From Candidatus Peribacteria bacterium (lineage in GTDB: Bacteria > Patescibacteriota > Gracilibacteria > Peribacterales > Peribacteraceae), in the NCBI GenBank assembly GCA_041691135.1, contig JBEPVF010000004.1:1-64000 (forward strand): DNA of 64,000 nt. The letters are read 5' to 3'. Shown here in pieces: positions 1 through 10,373 of this stretch (position 1 is its first letter; each line of letters opens with the position of its first letter). The position numbers were made by a program, and so were the translations under genes. The notes under the pieces are model-generated. The model was not told the DNA's origin. It worked only from the letters and a program-made list of their open reading frames with translations, and did no database searches.

Positions 1-121
1 CTGTTCGTGTAGGAGAATATTTCAGACATCGCAGCCGGGGACGGCTGCTGCTACGGGTGAAGGGAGGGTGGGCATTGGAAGAGCCTCGGTTTCTTCTGTT
101 TCTTCTAGTAGACTGCCGCCA

Positions 122-1597
122 ATGCGCCTCGCACTAGCTACTTTCTTTCGACGGTACGACGTTGTCGTGATCGTGCTCATCGGCTTGTGGTACCTGTTTA
201 CCATGCGCAGCGGACACTCCTGGGGTGATGACTTTGCCCAGTACATCCTGCATGCACGAAATATCGCGACCCTGCATCCGTACGCCGATACCGGCTACAT
301 CTACAATCCGCACGAACTTTCGCCGATCGGACCCGTCACCTACCCGCCCGTCTTTCCGCTTCTCCTCGCTCCGGTCTACGCCGTATTCGGTCTGAACTTA
401 GAAGCAATGAAGATCGAATGTACGTTGCTGTTTTTAATCGGACTCGGTTGCCTCAGCGCATTGCTGAGCCGCGTCTTGCGGCGCACGGACGTCGCGCTCG
501 CTATCGGCCTCACCGGCTTCAATTGGTACGTCTGGGAATTCAAGAACAACATTCTGTCTGATTTTCCCTTCTTCGCCTTCGCCTTTGGCACGCTCTTTCT
601 GATCGACCGGTGGGTACGCGATCCGCAGCGCCGCGTGCAACATGCGCTCATTCTGGTTTTACTGCTTTATTTGTCGTATGCGACCCGCGCCGTCGGCATC
701 GTGCTTCCCGCCTGTCTGGTTCTTTTCGACATCCTTGAGCACAAAAAACTCACGCGTATGAGCGTGATCGCCTGCTGCACCTTCATCGTATTGTGGCTGA
801 TTCAGAGCATGTTTCTGCAGACCGAATCGACGTACTTCCGGTCGTTCCACTTGTCGGATATTGCCGTCAACGCGCAGACGTATTTTGTCAGAATCATTTA
901 TTTCTGGGACAACGGGTACAAGACAATCCTGATCGGCAGGATTCTCCGCGCCGCGCTCACCATCATCATCACGCTATATTCCCTCATCGGATTCTTCACT
1001 CGTGTGAGATCAAAACCCGGTGTGCTTGAACTATTCGCGATCCTCTACGTGCTCTTGCTGCTGGTATCTCCTATCCGGGAACTGCGCTACATGCTGCCGT
1101 TGTTGCCGCTTTACATCACCTATGCGATTGTCGGAGCACGGGAAACGGTGCGATGGTACGGCAAGCCGACCAAACTCTTTGCGGGCTTTGTCCTGGCACT
1201 GACCATTATTTCGTATGGCATCCGTTACACCACGCTCGGTTACGGTCCGCTCACCGAAGGCGTGAACATGCCGACGACACAGGAACTGTTCACCTTCGTG
1301 CGTTCCACGCCGCCAAAGAGCGTCTTCATTTCACTCAAGCCACGCGCGTTGGCGCTATTCACGAATCACGATTCGGTAATGTTCCACGAAGAAAAAAACC
1401 CTCTCGACCTGTGGCGGTATTGGCAGAGCATCGGCGTGACGCACATGATCGTCTTCCGCAACGAGCAGGTAACCAAAGTGGATTACCGCGCCAACGACAT
1501 GATCAAGATGGCCACTGATGATCCTACGCACTTCGAATCAGTCTTCCGGAACGCTGACTTCGATGTGTATCTGCTTCACTACCCGTCTCTTCCATGA
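122..1597 (+). CDS. GT-C (ArnT/PMT-like) integral membrane glycosyltransferase
   Basis: Multi-TM protein with the acidic first-loop motif WGDDFAQY, YPPxFP and SDFPF. Start moved to ATG 122, which follows TAGACT by 7 nt. Confidence 0.75.
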   Translation: MRLALATFFRRYDVVVIVLIGLWYLFTMRSGHSWGDDFAQYILHARNIATLHPYADTGYIYNPHELSPIGPVTYPPVFPLLLAPVYAVFGLNLEAMKIECTLLFLIGLGCLSALLSRVLRRTDVALAIGLTGFNWYVWEFKNNILSDFPFFAFAFGTLFLIDRWVRDPQRRVQHALILVLLLYLSYATRAVGIVLPACLVLFDILEHKKLTRMSVIACCTFIVLWLIQSMFLQTESTYFRSFHLSDIAVNAQTYFVRIIYFWDNGYKTILIGRILRAALTIIITLYSLIGFFTRVRSKPGVLELFAILYVLLLLVSPIRELRYMLPLLPLYITYAIVGARETVRWYGKPTKLFAGFVLALTIISYGIRYTTLGYGPLTEGVNMPTTQELFTFVRSTPPKSVFISLKPRALALFTNHDSVMFHEEKNPLDLWRYWQSIGVTHMIVFRNEQVTKVDYRANDMIKMATDDPTHFESVFRNADFDVYLLHYPSLP

Positions 1598-3189
1598 GCA
1601 TGCATCTTCCTCAGCATCAACATCGGTACGGCATCGGTGCGCTGCTGCTCATCGTCACGTTTTTCCTGATCACCGGCATGATGGGACTGGATTTCGGTAC
1701 GCACTGGGATGAACGCCCAAATATTCTGGATCCTCTGCAGTCATCTATCGAACGCGGCGTGTTACTGCCGCAGCTCTATAAGTACCCATCGGTGCCGTAC
1801 GATCTATCGGCTCTCTCGCTGCTTCCCAGCATGCATCAGATCAAATGGTCCGATCGTCTGGATCCGTCCATCATCCAACACAAACTCGTGAGCGTGGTAC
1901 AGAGCAACGAGTATCTGCTGCGCACCCGTACCCTCTTCTTGGTCATCACATCACTCATCATCGTGTGGACATTTTTTCTGATGGGCCGATGGCAAAAAAA
2001 TGTGTGGCAAGCGTGTCTGGCTGCGGCATTCGTCGGCTGTTCCTGGGAAATCGCCTATCATGCCCGTTGGATCGCGCCGGATCTGCTGATGGCTCAGTTC
2101 GGCATGTTGTGTTTGTTATGTCTCTTCTTTGCACGGGATACCAAAAAACCTCTTGGCTGGTTGATCGCTGCAGCCGTCGTCGCCGGTCTCGCCTGCGGAT
2201 CCAAATATCCCGGTGGTATTTTTCTCCTGATGGTCATTGCCGCACCTTTCGCATTATTTTCACAGCGACCAACTCGAAAGCAATATCTGATTATCGGCGC
2301 GACAATCGCCATCGTCTTTGTCGCCAGTTACCTGCTGAGTACGCCCGGCACGTTGCTCGACCCGGCAAGATTTTTGCGCGACGTGCTGTATCAGATGCGG
2401 CTCTATAAAAGCGGTCACGGCGGCTACACGGTTCATGCTGGATTTGAGCATCTATCGCTCATCGTCAGTTACGTTGCACTGAACGGCTTGTCGCCATTCG
2501 CACCGATTGCACTCCTACTCTTCGGTATCTCTCTGTACGGAATGTCTGTCGCCTGGCGCCTCGACCGGCCTGCCACTGCTTTTTTGTTGGCTTTCATGAT
2601 CCTCTACACACTGTACTTCGCCACACAAGTGGTGATGGTCGTGCGAAATTATCTGATACTCCTGCCTCTGATTGCTATCTTCACGGCCATCGGATTACGA
2701 CGCATTATAGAATTACTGGCACCCCGAAGATGGGCGGTCGCCACGGTAATCACCACCATCATTGCGACACTTCTTGCAAACGCAGGCTGGCTCTTCGTGA
2801 GCGCGGCGTCAGTAAGGAACGAGAATCCTGAACAGACATTGCTCCAGTTCCAACAGTTTGCATTGTCACACCCTGACCGACAGATCTATGCGACCCCGCT
2901 GATTCGTGCCCAGTTCGCCCATGCAAAAGCAGCGCTTCCACCGAACATCACCACCTCACCCGGCGCACCCGAGACAGCGCTGTACATGTCGGAGGCCGGC
3001 GCCTGGGACTGGCTCGCCAATGCCAAAGGCTACGCGCACGCCATCATCGGACCGAACGATGTAAACTTCGATTACTATCCATCATGGGTCGGCCTGGATC
3101 GCATTGTCATTCTTTCGAAAGAATCGGCAGATAATTTGGGTGCGCTAAACGGCGTGCATCACAAACGAAGGGATTGGCTAGTAAAGTGA
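1594..3189 (+). CDS. GT-C (ArnT/PMT family) membrane glycosyltransferase
   Basis: HWDE first-loop motif, GLACGSKY motif and many TM helices; ATGA overlap with the upstream gene. Confidence 0.78.
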   Translation: MSMHLPQHQHRYGIGALLLIVTFFLITGMMGLDFGTHWDERPNILDPLQSSIERGVLLPQLYKYPSVPYDLSALSLLPSMHQIKWSDRLDPSIIQHKLVSVVQSNEYLLRTRTLFLVITSLIIVWTFFLMGRWQKNVWQACLAAAFVGCSWEIAYHARWIAPDLLMAQFGMLCLLCLFFARDTKKPLGWLIAAAVVAGLACGSKYPGGIFLLMVIAAPFALFSQRPTRKQYLIIGATIAIVFVASYLLSTPGTLLDPARFLRDVLYQMRLYKSGHGGYTVHAGFEHLSLIVSYVALNGLSPFAPIALLLFGISLYGMSVAWRLDRPATAFLLAFMILYTLYFATQVVMVVRNYLILLPLIAIFTAIGLRRIIELLAPRRWAVATVITTIIATLLANAGWLFVSAASVRNENPEQTLLQFQQFALSHPDRQIYATPLIRAQFAHAKAALPPNITTSPGAPETALYMSEAGAWDWLANAKGYAHAIIGPNDVNFDYYPSWVGLDRIVILSKESADNLGALNGVHHKRRDWLVK

Positions 3190-3204
3190 TCTTCCAAGGG
3201 AGGA

Positions 3205-3325
3205 ACCCACCACCACAGTGGGAGACCATGATTCTTATAGCTTCCTCCAGCTCACCAGGGAACATTGGTGGTGGGTGCGTTTCTTTTTGGTTCTTTCTCT
3301 TGTCGGGGCAGAAAAGAAAAAGAAC
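3205..3325 (+). repeat. Diverged partial copy (C) of the structured intergenic repeat family 1
   Basis: Stem ACCCACCACCA(3205-3215)/TGGTGGTGGGT(3266-3276), then GCG-TTTCTTTTTGGTTCTTTCTCTTGTC...AAGAAAAAGAAC, as in the copies at 19851 and 42385. Confidence 0.7.
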
Positions 3326-3346
3326 AAGAAGACACGGCAGACGCCT

Positions 3347-3400
3347 GCGATGAATATGATTCGGTGCAGAAACCGCGAAGAAAGCGGCAGCGCCACACTG
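3347..3400 (+). repeat. Dispersed ~52-bp repeat family 2, copy 1
   Basis: CGATGAAT-N23-AGAAAGCGGCAGCGCCACACTG; matches 15144-15195 (+) and 19715-19768 (-). Confidence 0.7.
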
Positions 3401-3523
3401 ATAAAACTGGAATAAAGCTCAATACACCTTATTCGAAAGAGATTTCAATTCTCTTGAATCCTTTGAATCTGCCAGCGGATTCATAGCTGAACAAAACCCC
3501 TTCTTCAGGCTACACTAGGGATA

Positions 3524-4834
3524 ATGATTGCCGCCCTGCGATCCCTCTCCCGCATGCCCTTCGTACGCGACCTTGCCACTCTCCAGGTGGGACGCGTGGT
3601 GTACATGGGACTCACCTTCGTAAGTTCGATCCTGCTCGTACGCCTCTTGGGCCTGGAGCAATTCGGTGTGTACGCCGTCGTTGTCTCGTTCGTCGGCACG
3701 ATCAAAACGTTTCTGATTCCCGGGCACACGTCCGCCTTGTCGGTGTTCCTGGCCGAAGCCTACGGCCGCAAAGACAAGCAGGCGATGGGCGACATCCTCT
3801 ACTACTTCTTTCTGGCGAATCTGTGCTTCGTATTGCTGCTGTTCTCCTTCGCTATCTTGGCACGTCCGCTTGGAATGCAGCTCTACGGCTCCAGGGAAAT
3901 CGGCGTACTGGCGGTCCTGCTGATCCTGTTCCAGGCACTGGATACCATCAACAGCTTCACGCTCATCGTATTGCAATCGGTGCGCAGCATTCGTCTGAAG
4001 GTAGTGATGGAACAGAGCGCGATGATCCTCGTGACCTTGCTCCCGATCATCTGGCTTCTGATAGGTGGCGGATTGCGTGGCGTGTTTGTAGGACAGCTGG
4101 TCGCCAGCGCCCTGTTCGTGCCACTATCGATCATCGTGTTCCTCCGAATGAGCCGCTCGTTTGATCTGCCATCGATTCGCGAAATTTTCGCCACGCCTCT
4201 GGCGCGCACGACGCCGTATGCGCGACAGGGACTTCTGATCGCCCTCGACAAGAACATCGGCAACCAATATCCCAGCGGTCTATTCTTCGTGCTGAGTTTG
4301 GTAGCGCCTGTCACCGTCGTTGGTATCGCCAAGATTGCACTGCAATTGGGTACACTGCCTCAATCGTTCCTGCTGCCGCAAGTCGGCGAGCTCTCGACTA
4401 CGGTGTTGGCCAACATGTCAGCTGATATCAAAGTGTTGCGCAAAAATGCAGCCCGCGTCATCAAGCACACGCTTTTCTTCCATCTGCTTCTCAGCGTTGG
4501 AGCGTTCGTCATCTACCCGTTCGCCATCCCGCTGGTGTATAGCAAAAGTTACGGCCCGGCGCTGATCACACCCACGCTGTGGATCATCGTGCTGTCGCTA
4601 CTTATGCCGCTGACGATCATCAATTCGCCGCTGCTCCGTCTGTTCCGCAAAATCCACTGGTCCGCCATTCTGACAGTTGTGACCTTCCTCCTGATGTGGA
4701 CGACGATGTTTGTCGGCGCCACCATCATGGATCCGCTGCTCGCCTTCATGGCTGCATACCTGATCGGTCAGGTCCTACCGCTGCTGCTGACCGCCACTAT
4801 CTTCCGCACGCTCCTCGCCAAACCCCATGACTGA
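3524..4834 (+). CDS. Wzx-like oligosaccharide flippase (MOP superfamily)
   Basis: About 12 TM helices, the N-terminal RLLGLEQFGVYA signature of polysaccharide flippases, and glycan-locus context. Confidence 0.8.
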   Translation: MIAALRSLSRMPFVRDLATLQVGRVVYMGLTFVSSILLVRLLGLEQFGVYAVVVSFVGTIKTFLIPGHTSALSVFLAEAYGRKDKQAMGDILYYFFLANLCFVLLLFSFAILARPLGMQLYGSREIGVLAVLLILFQALDTINSFTLIVLQSVRSIRLKVVMEQSAMILVTLLPIIWLLIGGGLRGVFVGQLVASALFVPLSIIVFLRMSRSFDLPSIREIFATPLARTTPYARQGLLIALDKNIGNQYPSGLFFVLSLVAPVTVVGIAKIALQLGTLPQSFLLPQVGELSTTVLANMSADIKVLRKNAARVIKHTLFFHLLLSVGAFVIYPFAIPLVYSKSYGPALITPTLWIIVLSLLMPLTIINSPLLRLFRKIHWSAILTVVTFLLMWTTMFVGATIMDPLLAFMAAYLIGQVLPLLLTATIFRTLLAKPHD

Positions 4835-5900
4835 CACAACTCGCACGTCACGCCTGCGAACAGTAATGCTAAACGGAGTACTGCTCGTCACGACTCTCAT
4901 CATTCTGTGTTTAATTCTTGAATGGTTCATCCGTTTTACCGGCATCGTCCAAATGACGGCGCGCACGCCGCACTTGTATCGCGAGTCGGCCATCGCCGGC
5001 GTGAACTACGAATTTCTGCCGAATCTGAAGAATGTGCGCGGGTACAATTGGGAGAGCATCTCGACTAATTCACTGGGTTTCCGCGGACCGGAACTCGACT
5101 CCAAAAAACCGACTATTGCAGTCATTGGCGATTCGATGACTTGGGGCTACGGCGTGCCTGATGGCAGCACCAATCCCGACCAGCTCCGCAAAGCATTCCC
5201 CGACTACAATGTATTGAACACCGGCGTGAACGGCTACAACGTGGAGCAGGAAGTGCAGATGTACACGCACAAATTCGCCGACCTGCATCCGGCATTGGCC
5301 GTGATTGAGTTCTATTGGAACGATATGGAACGGCCGCCGTTCAGTCTGATGCACGAAGGAGCCGACACAGGCGGCGCACTCGATGTTCCGACGAGTTCGG
5401 GCGCGCATGCCACCGATCTGGCCAACCGGGCGCAGGCCATGACGAAAGCCGGCACACTGCGTATTCCCGGGAAAGTGTGGATGAACGAGCACAGCGCCTT
5501 GTTCCGTTTTATTGAGCAACGCACCAAATGGCTGCCATTCCGTGCCCATGGTTCGTTCGACTACGACGCCTACCTGCGCGAAACGATCACGCCGGATGAT
5601 CTGAATTATTACAGGCAATGGCTGACGACACTCGCCACGAATTTAGGAAATACACCGCGCGTGTTTTTTATCTGGCCCGAGAACGCTCATCTGCATCGTG
5701 AGGCGCGTGCGGCTTTGGCTCAGATGGCAACTGACAATGGCTTTACCGTCATTGATATGACCGATGTCCTCGGAATGCAGTTCCCAACCCTGTCGTGGAA
5801 TCCGCACCCTGATGCAGCCACGCAGACAAAAGTCGGACAAATACTGGCCGCGTTCATACAAGAGCAACGTCTGCTGGACCATCAACCACCAACGCCATGA
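4827..5900 (+). CDS. Membrane-anchored SGNH/GDSL hydrolase-family protein (paralog 1)
   Basis: N-terminal TM helix; IGDSMTWG (block I), GVNGYN (block II), WND (block III), C-terminal WNPHP. Confidence 0.8.
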   Translation: MTDTTRTSRLRTVMLNGVLLVTTLIILCLILEWFIRFTGIVQMTARTPHLYRESAIAGVNYEFLPNLKNVRGYNWESISTNSLGFRGPELDSKKPTIAVIGDSMTWGYGVPDGSTNPDQLRKAFPDYNVLNTGVNGYNVEQEVQMYTHKFADLHPALAVIEFYWNDMERPPFSLMHEGADTGGALDVPTSSGAHATDLANRAQAMTKAGTLRIPGKVWMNEHSALFRFIEQRTKWLPFRAHGSFDYDAYLRETITPDDLNYYRQWLTTLATNLGNTPRVFFIWPENAHLHREARAALAQMATDNGFTVIDMTDVLGMQFPTLSWNPHPDAATQTKVGQILAAFIQEQRLLDHQPPTP

Positions 5901-6865
5901 AGCTCCGCTCTCTTTTCCAGAATATGCTGCTGTTGTGCGGAGTCTGTCTGATGTTGCTTCTGTTGATGGAAGCTTTTTTGCGCGTCTCGGGGATCCAACG
6001 TGTGCACGGTCGCACGCCTCACATTCATGAGCAGTCGACCGTTCCAGGACTGGAATACGAATTACTCCCGAACCTGCATGCTATCCGTGGCTTCAACTGG
6101 GAACGTATTTCAACGAATTCGCTCGGGTTCCGCAGCCCTGAACTCGATTCAAACAAACCCACTATCGCCCTGCTCGGCGACTCGGTCACATTCGGCTTCG
6201 GCGTTGAAGACGATCAGACGAACAGTGAGCCGTTGCGTAAGGCCTTTCCAAACTTCAATGTGCTGAACACAGGCACAAACGGCTACAACATCGAACAGGA
6301 AACGCACCTCTTCGAAGCCAAAGTGAAGAAGATCGATCTAAAGCTTGTCATTCTGGAATTCGTCTTCAACGATGTCGAGCCGCCGACACGCATGACAAGC
6401 GCCACCGGCGCCGACTTTGCCGTTCGCACGGATACCGGTTCCACAAATATGAGTTTTAGAGACAAACTCATTCATGCAAGTGCGCTGCTGAGCTTCCTCG
6501 AGATACGCACCAAAGGCCTCTTTTTCCGTTCCGCCCCAAATCAAACAGCCTATGTGAAGGAGACAGTCACACCTGATCAACTGGCGTACTACGACACGTG
6601 GCTCACGCGACTGGCGACAGACATCGGTGGTGTGCCGCATATCTTCGTTCTGTGGCCCGAAAATGCCCGTCTCCACCGCGAAGCGCGCCAGGCGTTGACT
6701 GCCATGGCCCAAAAGAATGGCTTCCATGTGCTCGATCTCACGTCCGTGCTCGGCGACAGGTATGCAACGCTCGGCTGGGACCCGCATCCGAATCCGACTG
6801 TCCAGGAAAAAGTGGGAAATGTGCTGGCGGCGTTCATCCGGCAATTGCAATTAGGACAAAAGTAA
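5897..6865 (+). CDS. Membrane-anchored SGNH/GDSL hydrolase-family protein (paralog 2)
   Basis: LGDSVTFG, GTNGYN, FND and WDPHP motifs; ATGA overlap with paralog 1. Confidence 0.8.
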   Translation: MKLRSLFQNMLLLCGVCLMLLLLMEAFLRVSGIQRVHGRTPHIHEQSTVPGLEYELLPNLHAIRGFNWERISTNSLGFRSPELDSNKPTIALLGDSVTFGFGVEDDQTNSEPLRKAFPNFNVLNTGTNGYNIEQETHLFEAKVKKIDLKLVILEFVFNDVEPPTRMTSATGADFAVRTDTGSTNMSFRDKLIHASALLSFLEIRTKGLFFRSAPNQTAYVKETVTPDQLAYYDTWLTRLATDIGGVPHIFVLWPENARLHREARQALTAMAQKNGFHVLDLTSVLGDRYATLGWDPHPNPTVQEKVGNVLAAFIRQLQLGQK

Positions 6866-6887
6866 ATTCGCTGCGTGCTTTTTTACC

Positions 6888-8018
6888 TCAACGATCAAGA
6901 AACTTTCCCATCGCCCTCACCACCATATCGACCGAACACGCATCGACTGCTTTGCGCTGGTCTTCGGTGGGTTGCCGCGGTGCGTCGCCGACGAAGACGG
7001 AAGGCGCAACCGACGTGGCCGGCAATACGAGTTCCACGCGTAGACCTTTGGGTGGGGTCTGCTCCTCCGGATCCACCGGCCCGATGATGTCGACAATTGG
7101 CGTGCCCAATGCGTAGGCGATATAGAGCGGCCCGCTATCGACCGATATGAGCAGCGTCGCACGCTCGATGATCGCTGCCAACATGCGCAATGGTAAACCG
7201 CCCGCATCCAGGCTGCGAATGGAAGGCAGCTGCGTCGTTGCACGGCGGGTTACTGCCGGGTCGGGTGATGTAAAAAGGACAGGCATGCGCCTCTCATCCA
7301 ATAGGTGTGATGCCACGGCCAAAAAACGATCGAGTGGCCATTCGACGGCCGGATTCTCGGCCGACAACGCCAGAATGGCAAATGGCGTATCGTTGCGAAT
7401 ACCACGTTGCCTCAGCCACACATCGGCTGCTTCACGTTCGGCATCCGACAGATAAATTTCGTGACGATAGTTACTGGGCGGCGCACTGAAGAGTTCAGCG
7501 ATGTTCATGTAATGCACATAGGTGCGGGTATGACGTTTGTACGAGACACGATCCGTATGCAAAACGTGCAACAGATAACCGAAGGGACTCATATGTGCAC
7601 CGCGTGTATGCACACGCACCGGCGCGCACGTCCACATGCCAAGCACTGCATTAAACGTCCCCGGCAGCACGGCCAAGCTGACGGTGAATCGGCTCCGCTT
7701 GAGCGCGAGCAACAAGCGTATCTGTCCCAGTAGTCCGCGGTATTCAGGCGCATCTACGGCTACAGTTTCGTCGATACACGGATTCCCCTTCAGTACATCC
7801 ATTGTCGATTCGCGGCAGAGGACGGTGATATGTACGCGACTGTCGTGCGTACTGATCGTGCGCAGGAGCGGTGTTGTACAGACCATATCGGCAATCCCTC
7901 CCAGCTGAATGACGACAATTTTCGGCCGCTTCTCGGGTGCGCGTCGGAAAAGCGCGGTGCCGTAGAGGAACGGCAATGCAATCAGCGTAAAGCCATTGAT
8001 GATCAATTCGGTGAACAT
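6888..8018 (-). CDS. Glycosyltransferase family 9 (heptosyltransferase-like)
   Basis: IQLGGIADMVCTTPLL and SVDSGPLYIAYALGTP are GT9 motifs; start uncertain. Confidence 0.8.
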   Translation of the reverse strand: MFTELIINGFTLIALPFLYGTALFRRAPEKRPKIVVIQLGGIADMVCTTPLLRTISTHDSRVHITVLCRESTMDVLKGNPCIDETVAVDAPEYRGLLGQIRLLLALKRSRFTVSLAVLPGTFNAVLGMWTCAPVRVHTRGAHMSPFGYLLHVLHTDRVSYKRHTRTYVHYMNIAELFSAPPSNYRHEIYLSDAEREAADVWLRQRGIRNDTPFAILALSAENPAVEWPLDRFLAVASHLLDERRMPVLFTSPDPAVTRRATTQLPSIRSLDAGGLPLRMLAAIIERATLLISVDSGPLYIAYALGTPIVDIIGPVDPEEQTPPKGLRVELVLPATSVAPSVFVGDAPRQPTEDQRKAVDACSVDMVVRAMGKFLDR

Positions 8019-8140
8019 GTGAGGCAACTCCGTCGAGAGGGAGCTGAGCATACCAGACGATGAACGATGCAACGATCAACCTCCGGGTTTTCTTGGCACT
8101 TGGCAGTTTGTCATCCTCTTTTTTCCGATACCATGTGCGC

Positions 8141-9163
8141 ATGCCCCGTCTCCGCCGCGAGATTCTCATCAATGTACTCGTTCTGCTCGGCACACTGATC
8201 TTGCTACTCCTCTTCCTGGAGTGGTTTTTGCGGTTCAGCGGTATTCAGCGGCTGGGCAGCCGCAATCCGCACCTCCATCAGTCGTCATCGATCGAAGGCG
8301 TGAACTACGAATTCATTCCCAACTTGAAGAACGTGCGCGGCTACAACTGGGAGCACGTATCAACGAACTCTCTCGGTTTCCGCGGCCCAGAACTTGATTC
8401 GAAAAAACCCTCCCTCGCCCTTATAGGCGATTCGTTCGTCTTCGGTTTTGGTCTGAGCGACAATCAATCGCAAGATGCCTATCTGCGAAGCGCTTTTCCG
8501 GATCACAACATCCTCAACACCGGCGTGGACGGCTACAATATTGAACAGGAAGTACGTGCCTATCAAGGCAAGTTTCCGACGTTGCAACCTGATCTCGCGA
8601 TCGTAGAATTCGTGTGGAACGACATGAAACCGGCAAGTATTTTGACGGATGAGCAGAATGCACAAGTCGCCGAACCGGAAGGGTATTACGAAAAACCGGC
8701 TGTGGCAGACGCAAAGCTGAACCAGGCCATCACACAGACCGGTACGCTCAAAATCCCCTTCAAACTATGGCTGACCAAACACAGCGCCATCTTCAACTTC
8801 GTGGAGCAGCGCACCAAATGGCTGCCCTTCCGCAGCCATGCTACGGATATTCTGACGGATCCGATCACCAAACAGGATCTGGCGTTCTACGAAACGTGGC
8901 TCGACAAACTGGCGAAGGGCCTGCCGAACAGTAAAAAAATCTTCGTTATCTGGCCCGAGCATCGCTTGCACCTGGAATCTCGTGCTGCCCTGCGCGCCAT
9001 GGCCGAGCAGCGTGGTTTCCTGGTCTTGGATCTGTATGACCTCTTCGGCATGGATTATCCCCATCTTTCCTGGGATTGGCACCCCAATGTAGATGCACAG
9101 AAAAAAGCAGCCGATCTGCTGATTGATATCAGCAAACACTACAGCCTACTCATTAAATCTTGA
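8141..9163 (+). CDS. Membrane-anchored SGNH/GDSL hydrolase-family protein (paralog 3)
   Basis: IGDSFVFG, GVDGYN, WND and WDWHP motifs; shares GVNYEFxPNLKNVRGYNWE with paralog 1; TACCAT, 6 nt, ATG. Confidence 0.8.
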   Translation: MPRLRREILINVLVLLGTLILLLLFLEWFLRFSGIQRLGSRNPHLHQSSSIEGVNYEFIPNLKNVRGYNWEHVSTNSLGFRGPELDSKKPSLALIGDSFVFGFGLSDNQSQDAYLRSAFPDHNILNTGVDGYNIEQEVRAYQGKFPTLQPDLAIVEFVWNDMKPASILTDEQNAQVAEPEGYYEKPAVADAKLNQAITQTGTLKIPFKLWLTKHSAIFNFVEQRTKWLPFRSHATDILTDPITKQDLAFYETWLDKLAKGLPNSKKIFVIWPEHRLHLESRAALRAMAEQRGFLVLDLYDLFGMDYPHLSWDWHPNVDAQKKAADLLIDISKHYSLLIKS

Positions 9164-9166
9164 GGA

Positions 9167-9232
9167 AAATTCGAAATCCGAAGCGCGAAATTCGAAAAGC
9201 ATGATAATTTTCGAATTTCGAAATTCGTGCTT
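9167..9232. repeat. Degenerate heptamer tandem array with an inverted partner (AAATTCG type)
   Basis: AAATTCG AAATCCG AAGCGCG AAATTCG followed by the inverted TTTCGAATTTCGAAATTCGTGCTT, between convergent genes. Confidence 0.7.
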
Positions 9233-9263
9233 CATGCTTGTCAGATTCTTAGTTATTTGTATT

Positions 9264-10283
9264 TTACTGCAAGCTTTTAAATTTCGGATCGACCGCCATC
9301 GCGTCCCTGATAACTTCCGCCGTCTTCTGCAACGTTGCTGCATTCGGATGGCCATCCCACCCGAGCGACGGATAACTGTTGCCGTAAATCTCGTACAAAT
9401 CGACAACCGTATAGCCGAGCTGCGTGGCGAGCGGCTTTAAGAATGCACGCGTTTTGGTGTGTAAGTTGGCTTCCGGCCAGATGACGAGCATTTTGGGAAT
9501 ATCGCCCGCCGCCTGTGTCAGACGTGTGAAATCGGTGGTATACGCCTGTAATTGCGCATCGGTGACCGGATCATCGAACACATTGCGCGCAGCGGCATGG
9601 GTGCGGAATGGCAGTGACTTCGTTTCGCGTTCGAGGAACGTGAAGAGTGCGCTGTGCGTCTGCAGGAATGTCTTGAACGGAATGTGCAATTGCCCCGTCT
9701 GATGTAACTGCTGAGTCAAACGCTCTTCGTAGGTGAGTGATCCGGTGTCCGATTGCGGACGAAAGTACCCCTCGGCATCCAGCTTAAACGTCTCGTCAAA
9801 GTCGTTCGGCATGAAGACGAGGATGAGCGCTTTCGGCTGGAGTGGCTTCAGCGTTTTTTCGTACACAGCCCGCTCTTGTCGTATGTTATAGCCACTCACA
9901 CCGGCCGAGAGGACCGACTGTTTCGGCAGAAGTGTCTGCAGATCCACACCCAATGTTTGATCGTCCTTCACGCCGTAGCCGAACACCAGAGAGTCGCCGA
10001 GCAAAACCACCGGATGCGCATCAGATGTGAGTTCCTGAGAACGAAAACCAAGACTGTTGGTCGTGACTGTCGCGCCGTATCCCTTGCCGACATGCGAGGG
10101 AATCAGCCGGTACGAAATCTCCGAATCCGCATCAGCCTGATAGATCGCCGGATTCATGGCTACAATCTTCTGGATGCCGGAAACGCGTAGAAAGACTTCG
10201 CAGAGCAGCGCAAGCACGACAAGCGTCGCACAGAGCACTGCTAGATTCATCACCAATGACCGAAGGGTCTTGATAGCGGACAT
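9264..10283 (-). CDS. Membrane-anchored SGNH/GDSL hydrolase-family protein (paralog 4)
   Basis: LGDSLVFG, GVSGYN, PND and WDGHP motifs; TATACT, 6 nt, ATG. Confidence 0.8.
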   Translation of the reverse strand: MSAIKTLRSLVMNLAVLCATLVVLALLCEVFLRVSGIQKIVAMNPAIYQADADSEISYRLIPSHVGKGYGATVTTNSLGFRSQELTSDAHPVVLLGDSLVFGYGVKDDQTLGVDLQTLLPKQSVLSAGVSGYNIRQERAVYEKTLKPLQPKALILVFMPNDFDETFKLDAEGYFRPQSDTGSLTYEERLTQQLHQTGQLHIPFKTFLQTHSALFTFLERETKSLPFRTHAAARNVFDDPVTDAQLQAYTTDFTRLTQAAGDIPKMLVIWPEANLHTKTRAFLKPLATQLGYTVVDLYEIYGNSYPSLGWDGHPNAATLQKTAEVIRDAMAVDPKFKSLQ

Positions 10284-10373
10284 GCGACCAGTATAAGGGA
10301 AAATGAGGAGCACTAAATCTAAATTATTGCTGCCGAATTTGGGATTTCTTCAGAGCACCAGTAGCATTCTGTC

